Assembly: GCF_006345805.1 (NCBI RefSeq)
Contig: NW_021833206.1
Location: 1 to 28,843 of the forward strand
Source: Octopus sinensis
Lineage: Eukaryota
Reading direction: 5' to 3'
DNA length: 28,843 nt
Shown: one piece after another, positions 21,771-28,843 of the stretch
Position numbering within the stretch: the stretch's first letter is position 1
Layout: each line of letters opens with the position of its first letter
Position numbers and translations under genes: made by a program
The notes under the pieces: generated by a model
The model's database searches: none
The model's input: only the letters and a program-made list of their open reading frames with translations
What the model was told of the DNA's origin: nothing

Positions 21771-22190
21771 TGTGAAGAGATGAACACGTATGAGAGATTA
21801 ATCTATAACTGTATAAGCATTAATTTTGCCCGGAAAATTATAGTTAAGTGAATCGGATCCCATCTTTGGGCCTGTTTCTGATTTCTACTGATGCTTATAA
21901 CATCGTTATTCAATTCTGCATTAAAAGGCCCAGGAATTCATCCATTCATTTATATTCTGATTTGCGATGTTCTTTGTCTTCGTAAATATCGTATTTAGAA
22001 CGCACGTCTTGCAATATTACACATTAAATGCATGTATGCCGTTCTTCAATGGATCTTCGTCAGTTTCGATGTTAAGAATTTATTTGTTTGGTCAATTAAA
22101 CCTCTTTGAATTGGTGTGTATGTGAGAGAACACGTGTACTCTTAACTGCTTGTGTCTGCATGTGAAGCCAAACACCTATATATCTACTTT

Positions 22191-22493
22191 AAAGACTCCG
22201 CCGGTTACGACGACGAGGGTCCCAGCTGATACGATCAACGGAACAGCTTGCTCGTGAAATTAACGTGCAAATGGCTGAGCATTCCACAGACACGTGTACC
22301 CTTAACGTAGTTCTCGGGGATAATCAGCGTGACACAGAGAGTGACAAGGCTGACCCTTTGAAATACAAGTACAACTCATTTTTGCCAGCTGAGTGGACTG
22401 GAGCTACGTGAAATAAAGTGTCTTGCTCAAGGACACAACGCGTCGCCGGGAATCGAACTCACAACCTTACGATCATGAGCCGAATGCCCTAAC
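22191..22493 (-). mobile_element. tRNA-derived SINE, group A, tail type c
   Basis: Minus-strand GGCGCGTGGCTTAGTGG..GAGTTCGATTCC head, CORE-like GTGTCCTTGAGCAAGACACTT..CAGCTGGCAAAAATGAGT, then a ~180-nt tail unlike types a, b and d. Confidence 0.9.
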
Positions 22494-22754
22494 CACTAAG
22501 CCACGCGCCCTCACCCTATATATCTATATATGTCCATACAGACATACAGAACAGTAAAACATAGAAAAGAATAAATTTAACATATGTTGCTTGTATATCA
22601 ATTCAGTATTTAGAACTATCTCTCTTTTTCTCATCCTTTCCCCCACCCTCTCTCCTTCTCCTTATCTATCTATCTATCTATCTATCTGATTCTATGAACC
22701 GTAAAAATTAATACAGAGAGTTGCTTATTTGCAAAAAAAAAAAAAAAAAAGAAA

Positions 22755-23091
22755 TATAACATGTGACTTCATTGACCGAGGTTACCGTGGTCTTTTCCGT
22801 AGGCTTTTCTTTCCACGGGTAAACCTCACCTGTCCTCCCCTTTACACTTCATATTGACATTTCTGTGATAACGATCCCTATTGATCAATTTTTTCCTCTC
22901 CCCCTTTTTTTTAACCCCCCCCCTTTTTTTGTCCTCTTTCTCTCCTTTTACGATCCCTTTTGATCGACCCCCCCCCTTTTTTTATTTTTATTTATTTTTT
23001 TTTTATTTTTTTTTTTAAACCTTCAAAAGAAAAGCTCTACCTTGTAATTTGTTCTATCTGTGTGCAGCCCTGTGTGGCTAATAAAGAAACA

Positions 23092-23092
<1 letters not shown>
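22755..23092 (+). mobile_element. Putative non-LTR retrotransposon 3' UTR ending AATAAAGAAA + (TCTA)n
   Basis: Hairpin at 22778-22827, pyrimidine tracts, and an AATAAA-containing end resembling the group B SINE tail, followed by an SSR tail. No coding sequence is present to confirm the call. Confidence 0.45.
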
Positions 23093-23147
<55 letters not shown>

Positions 23148-23189
23148 AATCTATCTATCTTTCTTTCTATCTATCTATCTATCTTTCTG

Positions 23190-23220
<31 letters not shown>

Positions 23221-23226
23221 ATCTAT

Positions 23227-23269
<43 letters not shown>

Positions 23270-23278
23270 CCTATCTAT
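23093..23278. repeat. (TCTA)n microsatellite
   Basis: Read directly. Confidence 0.97.
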
Positions 23279-23546
23279 ATACGTTTGTGTGCGCACATAT
23301 ATACATATACATATAGCAAAAACTGTCTTATGAACGGCAACGAGAAACTCAGAGTAACAGATTTTGTTGAATTTTCTGCTGCTTTAAATAAAGCATATTA
23401 CTCTACCTCTGGTATTTGAGTACTCTTTTTTCCACCTTGTTTCACATTTATGTGTTTACTCCGGTATATATATTTATATATATATAGACATGTGTGTGTG
23501 CTTATGTATGTACATGGTTTTGTGTGTATCATTATGTATGTGTCTT

Positions 23547-23549
<3 letters not shown>

Positions 23550-23582
<33 letters not shown>

Positions 23583-23831
23583 TGTGTCTGTGTGTGTGTG
23601 TGTGTGCAGGGTTTTGTACGTAGGTGGGGAAAACAAGTTCTGATTCAGGTATTTGGCATGAAAGCAAGACTAATATGTCCAATATTCTCCTCAAGGTCCA
23701 ACTATATTTGACTTAAATATACACGTCCATACATATGTATACATACATGCAAATAAACACACACACGCATACATACGCACACACACACACACACACACAT
23801 ACACACACACATACATACATACATACATACA

Positions 23832-23865
<34 letters not shown>

Positions 23866-23890
23866 CATACATACATATATATACATATAT
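23550..23890. repeat. (TG)n tract (~23550-23606) and (CA)n/(TACA)n tract (~23755-23890)
   Basis: Read directly. Confidence 0.93.
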
Positions 23891-24215
23891 GAATATTTAC
23901 GAAACATTCTTTCATATCTAACCTCACAAGGAATTCTTGTTAAGGAAAACAATCTTAACGACAACAATAATAACTCTTGTACAGTCACACAAATATAGCG
24001 CTTATATGAATAATAACAACAACAAGAATTATAAGCGAAGGGAAGGTGACTCTACGACATTGCTCAACTTACTAGAAATAGCAGCCAATGCTCCTTCTAT
24101 TAGTACCCTCGACGTCTGAAACAGATACAATAGATAATGCAAGAAATAGTAACTAAAGGTCACTGTCTGAGGAAAGGCTATACTAGATAATCTTTCGGTG
24201 CACTTGCATCTGTTA

Positions 24216-24642
24216 TCTTTTATTTGTTTCTGTAATTAGACTGCGGCCATGCTGAAGCACCATCTTGAAAGTTTTTACTCCAACAAAGCCACCCAGTGTT
24301 TTAGTTTGCCTCTTTTTTTTTTTTGCGTAGTGGGGTTGTTTCGTTTATAATTTGGTACTTATTCTATCGATGCTTTTTTGACGAACTGCCAAGTTGCGGA
24401 GATGTAAACAAACCAACACCGGTTATCAAACAAGGGAAGTATAGTGACAAACACTGGCACAGAAACACCTATACATGTATATACGACGGGCTTCCATACA
24501 GTTTCCGCCAACCAAGTTCCCTCACACGGTAGTCGTCCGTTCGGGCTTATAGTAGAAGACACTTGTCCAAGGTACTGAGCAGTGGGGCTGAACCCAAAAC
24601 CACATAGTTGCAAAATGTGCTTCTTAGCTACACAACCATGCC
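24216..24642 (-). mobile_element. SINE group C, diverged full-length copy
   Basis: GACTGCGGCCATGCTG..TACGACGGGCTTC..TATAGTAGAAGACACTTG..CTGAACCC. Confidence 0.82.
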
Positions 24643-24874
24643 GGCGCGAAACAAATTAGACAGTCATGATTGGAATGCCTTAGTCTGCTCCATTAGATTT
24701 AATTTGAGGTTGAGCAAAAATATGTTGCACCTGAGCTAACATAGAGCGTTTTTAGCTGCTAGAAATAGTGACCAAATCTCCCCTAAGTCAAACGCAATTT
24801 GTTTTATGTACGGATAAGGCATATTACAAAATGTGGTCCCTGGAAAGCCAGGATGATCACTGTTGGTCATAGAT

Positions 24875-25249
24875 TGGCTTAACCTACACTTTGGGGGTCA
24901 GTCGATTAGATCGACCTCAGTATCCAAGTGGTGCTTAATTTATCAACCCCGAAAGGATGAAAGGCAAAGTCGACCACGGCGGAATTTGAACTCAGAACGT
25001 AACGGCAGACGAAATACCTATTTCTTTACAGCCCACAAGGGGCTACACACAGAAGGGACAAAAAAGGACAGACAAACGAATTAAGTCGATTACATCGAGG
25101 CCAGTATGCAACTGGTACTTATCTAATCGACCCCGAAAGGATGAAAGGCAAAGTCGATCTCGGCGGAATTTGAACTCACAACGTAACGGCAGACGAAATA
25201 CCGCTAAGCATTTCGCCCGGCGCGCTAACGATTCTGTCAGCTCGCCGCC
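24875..25249 (-). mobile_element. SINE group B, head plus ~1.6 body units
   Basis: Reverse complement of the structure at 7194-7558; ends ..CAGCTCGCCGCC. Confidence 0.88.
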
Positions 25250-25468
25250 TTAACAATAATAAAATTCCACATTATAAATGTTCTTATTTCTATTTTTGAT
25301 ACATAAATTACGTTACCGAGTTCAATTACGTGCTCAATTTTGGTCAATAAAGCCTTTTAAAGCACACCACCACTCGGACTGGTTTTGTTACGTCCTCCAT
25401 TTCCTCCCATAGATAAGTTTTCCTAAAGCGTAACACAGCAAATTATTTCATTATGTTAAAGATGTCAA

Positions 25469-25688
25469 GGGTGCAGACTTATCAGAATCGTTAGAGCGCC
25501 AGGCAAGATGCCGTTCGGTATTTGTTCCAGTTGTACTTTTCCTTCTAAACTCAACTCATACAGAAACCAATTTCACCTTTTATCACCTTGGGGCTACTGA
25601 TAAAATAAAGTACCAGTCAAGAACAGGGACCGACGTCATTAACCAATCCCTACCCTCAAAACTGTTGGCTATCCGCTTAAATCAGAAA
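25469..25688 (+). mobile_element. SINE group B, highly degenerate
   Basis: CAGAATCGTTAGAGCGCCAGGC..GATAAAATAAAGTACCAGTC. Confidence 0.6.
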
Positions 25689-26639
25689 TGGTTATATAGA
25701 AGATTTTGTCCCATAGTGAACGTTGTAGTGAAAGTATAACACATGAACAGATGTCGAGACAAACAATAATATTATATTATAAAGTACTGCTTTGTAACAT
25801 ATTACACATTTAGGGGTTATAGTTGATTATATCGACGTCAATACAATTTTCTCGGACCAGAAGGATTAAGGTAAAGTTGATGTTGACCGGATTTGAAATC
25901 ACAAAATAAAGGGGAGTAAGTGAATAATAACACAAATAATTTTAGTGTGACACAGCCAAATCTGTCGGGATCTGTATTTCAATTTATGTATATTAATTCG
26001 AACGAGATGTCGTTCAAGTTTGGCTTTAAAGGACTATAACCGTTGATGCGAGTCCGAAAGAGCCCATGTCCTGCTACGAAAAGGCCGGTTATCGGACGAG
26101 CAATTCGAAACCAGAAAGCAATGAGCCGGAACACATACTTCAAGGAATCCCCTTCGGTCTTAGAGATCCACACGTTGCTTTTGGTCTCATACTTTATTTT
26201 TTAACCCCTGAAATGGACAAAATATACGAAGCCGGCTTTGGCAGGATTCGAACATCTGCGAGTAAAGAACCGGGACGTATGAAGTGAAGCAATCTAACAT
26301 AACACTTTATCGACTCAACCAGCTCGCTTCATTGACTGGTAGCCTTTATTGTTTTCTATCTTACGAACAACAACAAAAACTTCAACATTAGCAATGTCAC
26401 TATATTTAAGCAAAACTATAGCTAATACTACTACTACTACTACTCTGTTTTTTTTCGTTATATTTAAATGACCGCTATACTTGACGCTTACATATTTTAG
26501 CAGCCCTGGAATGACTGGCAGTTAAGTTTATTTCAGCGGGATTTGAACCCGGAACATAATGATACGTAAATAAATAGAACACGGCATTAGTTTGTCTCAA
26601 CATATATTCGGTAATGTACCACTCTACCAATTACAATAA

Positions 26640-26775
26640 TAAAAGTAGAAAATTCTACAACTACTACCACCGCTACCATCAACGTCATCATCGTCGTCGT
26701 CGTCGTCGTCGTCATTATCATCATCATCATCATCACCACCATTACCAATACTATCATCAACATCAACATCAACAA
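26640..26775. repeat. Mosaic trinucleotide tract (CTA/CGT/CAT/CAA)n
   Basis: Read directly. Confidence 0.88.
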
Positions 26776-26789
26776 CAATATTGGGACAG

Positions 26790-27338
26790 AGCTTGAAATT
26801 TTGGCGGAGGGGTTAGTTAGTTGATTATATTTACCTATATCTGACTAGCACGACGTTGTTGTTAACCCAGAGGGGGTGAAGTTGACCACAAATTAATTTG
26901 AAAGCGAGGTGGCAGAATCGTTAGAGCGTCGGGAAAAAATGTTTAGTGGCTTTTCTTCTGGTTCTTGACGTTCTGCGTTCAAATCCCACCGTGCTAAACT
27001 TTGCATTTTATACTTTCTGGGTTGATCAAATTAAATACAGTTAAGCACACAGGTCGATAATTCGATTATCCCCTTCCCTCACCTCCCAAAATATCAGGCA
27101 CTGTGCCTTTACTAGACAGTATCATTATTATCATTATTATTATTATTATTATTATTACAAGGAGGGCGGCGAGCTGGCAGAATCGTTAGCACAGCGAACA
27201 AAATGGTTAGCGGTATTTCTTCCGGCGTTACGTTCTGATTTCAAATGCTGCCGAGGTCTTTCGGGTTCGATAAACTAAGTACCAATCAAGTACTGGGATC
27301 GATAAAAGTCGACTTCAGGCCTTGTGACTATAGTAGGA
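26790..27338. mobile_element. Cluster of SINE group B remnants: minus ~26790-26900, plus ~26903-27120, plus 27164-27338
   Basis: TTGAAATTTTGGC.. (reverse-complement tail); GGCAGAATCGTTAG heads; GGGCGGCGAGCTGGCAG at 27164. Confidence 0.72.
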
Positions 27339-28045
27339 AGAATTATTATCAATACGAGAAGAAAAAGAATTTCTACACATTAAAACCCTCGTGATTATAA
27401 AGGTGGGGGGGAAACCGTGAACTAAGAACATTCATTAATTAGTGGCGGTGTAACTAAAGAGAAATGGTTTCAAGCGTAAATCGAAACCGCATTTTGGGTG
27501 AGCGAAGTTATTCAAATATTCTTACCTCTTTACCCGAAAGTAATACAGTGAAATTGTCCTCTCCAGTTAAGCAATTAGAAAAAAATAATATAAAATAAAA
27601 ATAAAAAGAAAATCGACTGTGTTGCTATGGACGATGACGACAATGACAACGGTGGTGGTGGTGGTGGTGGTGGTGGTGGTGGTGGTGGGGAGGGTAAAAA
27701 GAAAGACAAACAGTAAGAACATCGACAACAGCAGCAACCACAATGACGGCGGCGGGGACTAAAACAACAGCAGCAGTCACAACAACAACAACAACAGTAA
27801 CTACAATAATAATAACAACGTAATCACTGTGATAGTGACAAAGGTGAAAAACTTTGAAAAATCATAGCTGAGTGGTTCTTTTTTTTTTTTTTTTTTTTTT
27901 CTTTGTCGTGTCGGTGAGAGTTGTCGTTGGTGGGGAAAGGTGCAGCCGCCAGGTGGTCTGTCTGACAGTAGAACTATGATAATGTGACTCGATATCGGTG
28001 AGAGGCGCAGTCAACTTGTATTCGGAGTACAACAAGCATTTATCG

Positions 28046-28659
28046 ATGTCCAGCAGGAACAACGCCCTCACGTCTCTCCAGTCCACTTCACAAACACCAC
28101 CACCACCACCAACACCTCAACACCAACAACAACCACATCCAGGACCACCACCACCATCAGGGGTGTCTTCGCCGAAATCATCACCATCTTCTCCATCTTC
28201 TTCGTCACCCGTGGTGGCCGGGGAAGCGGCGGTGTCCTCGGTGCAGATACATTTGCCTCCGACTCAGGGCTCCGGCGGAAGTGTCATTGTGACGAAACCC
28301 ACATCTTCTCTGCTGTCTAACACGTTATTGCCTTTCTCTTTCGCCAACCGTTCCGAAATTCCTTCGTCACCGCGATCTTCTGCTTCTCCGCCCTCGAATA
28401 AGGACGGTAATTCTTCGGAACAATATGGACATAAACAACCAACGCCGCCCCCGCATTCTCACCAGGATAAAGAGTGGGAAGTTAAGGAGTTTACCGTGGA
28501 TAACAATCAAGGACCGGAAAACTTAGTGGTGATGCCGCAGAGCCGGTCATCACGTTCTAACAACGATTCCATTACAGGTTTTCGTACTGGTGACGGAGAC
28601 GGTGGAGGTGGGGGTAGTGGCGGTGACGACGACGACGATGACGATGACGAGGGTGACAT

Positions 28660-28697
<38 letters not shown>

Positions 28698-28843
28698 CTG
28701 GTGATGACAGGAATAGATGTGGGGGTGATTGCGGTGGTGGGGGTGCCGGTGTAAACAATGAGGATGGAAGCGATATTCATCATCGGAAGAATCGTGGCAG
28801 CGCTGATAGCGGTAGTGTTGATGATGCCAGAAGAGGAAATACT
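28046..28843 (+). CDS. Partial host coding exon (open at 3' edge); low-complexity Pro/Ser/Gly/Asp-rich, probably disordered; family unknown
   Basis: No stop codon from 27983 to the window end (287 codons). First in-frame ATG at 28046 gives MSSRNNALTSLQSTSQTPPPPPTPQHQQQPH..DKEWEVKEFTVDNNQGPENLVVMPQ..poly-D..RRGNT (266 aa). Visibly GC/CpG-richer than the flanks, with long non-repetitive stretches. Confidence 0.72.

Noticed and set aside
607-23998. Numerous ORFs of [20 protein letters not shown] type
   Set aside because: They are translations of (TACA)n, (TA)n, (CA)n and (TCTA)n, which lack stop codons in some frames; there is no coding evidence.
26066-26287. 73-aa ORF in a GC-richer patch
   Set aside because: Short, with no motif, and its 3' part overlaps a degenerate B-box-like SINE remnant.
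28507-28783. Minus-strand poly-Ser and poly-Ile ORFs
   Set aside because: They are antisense shadows of the (GAT)n/(GAC)n codons in the much longer plus-strand frame.

Overview
AT-rich, microsatellite-saturated eukaryotic DNA made up almost entirely of transposon debris. The SINE repertoire resembles that of coleoid cephalopods (Octopus-like); this is an inference from recalled repeat types, not a database hit. Contents: (1) a decayed minus-strand RTE LINE (~803-3679) that lacks nearly all of its APE endonuclease, next to a 0.3-kb derivative made only of the RTE 5' module and 3' tip; (2) a fragment of a restriction-like-endonuclease (RLE) LINE; (3) a Penelope-type terminal segment with a minimal hammerhead ribozyme fold; (4) CR1, mariner, piggyBac and Helitron remnants and two MITE-like elements; (5) more than 25 copies or fragments of three SINE groups, one with exchangeable tails. 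The only credible host coding sequence is a stop-free, low-complexity plus-strand frame at 27983-28843 (first ATG 28046). It runs off the window end and is missing from the supplied ORF track. No rRNA, intact tRNA or CRISPR array is supported. Most other listed ORFs are translations of microsatellites.
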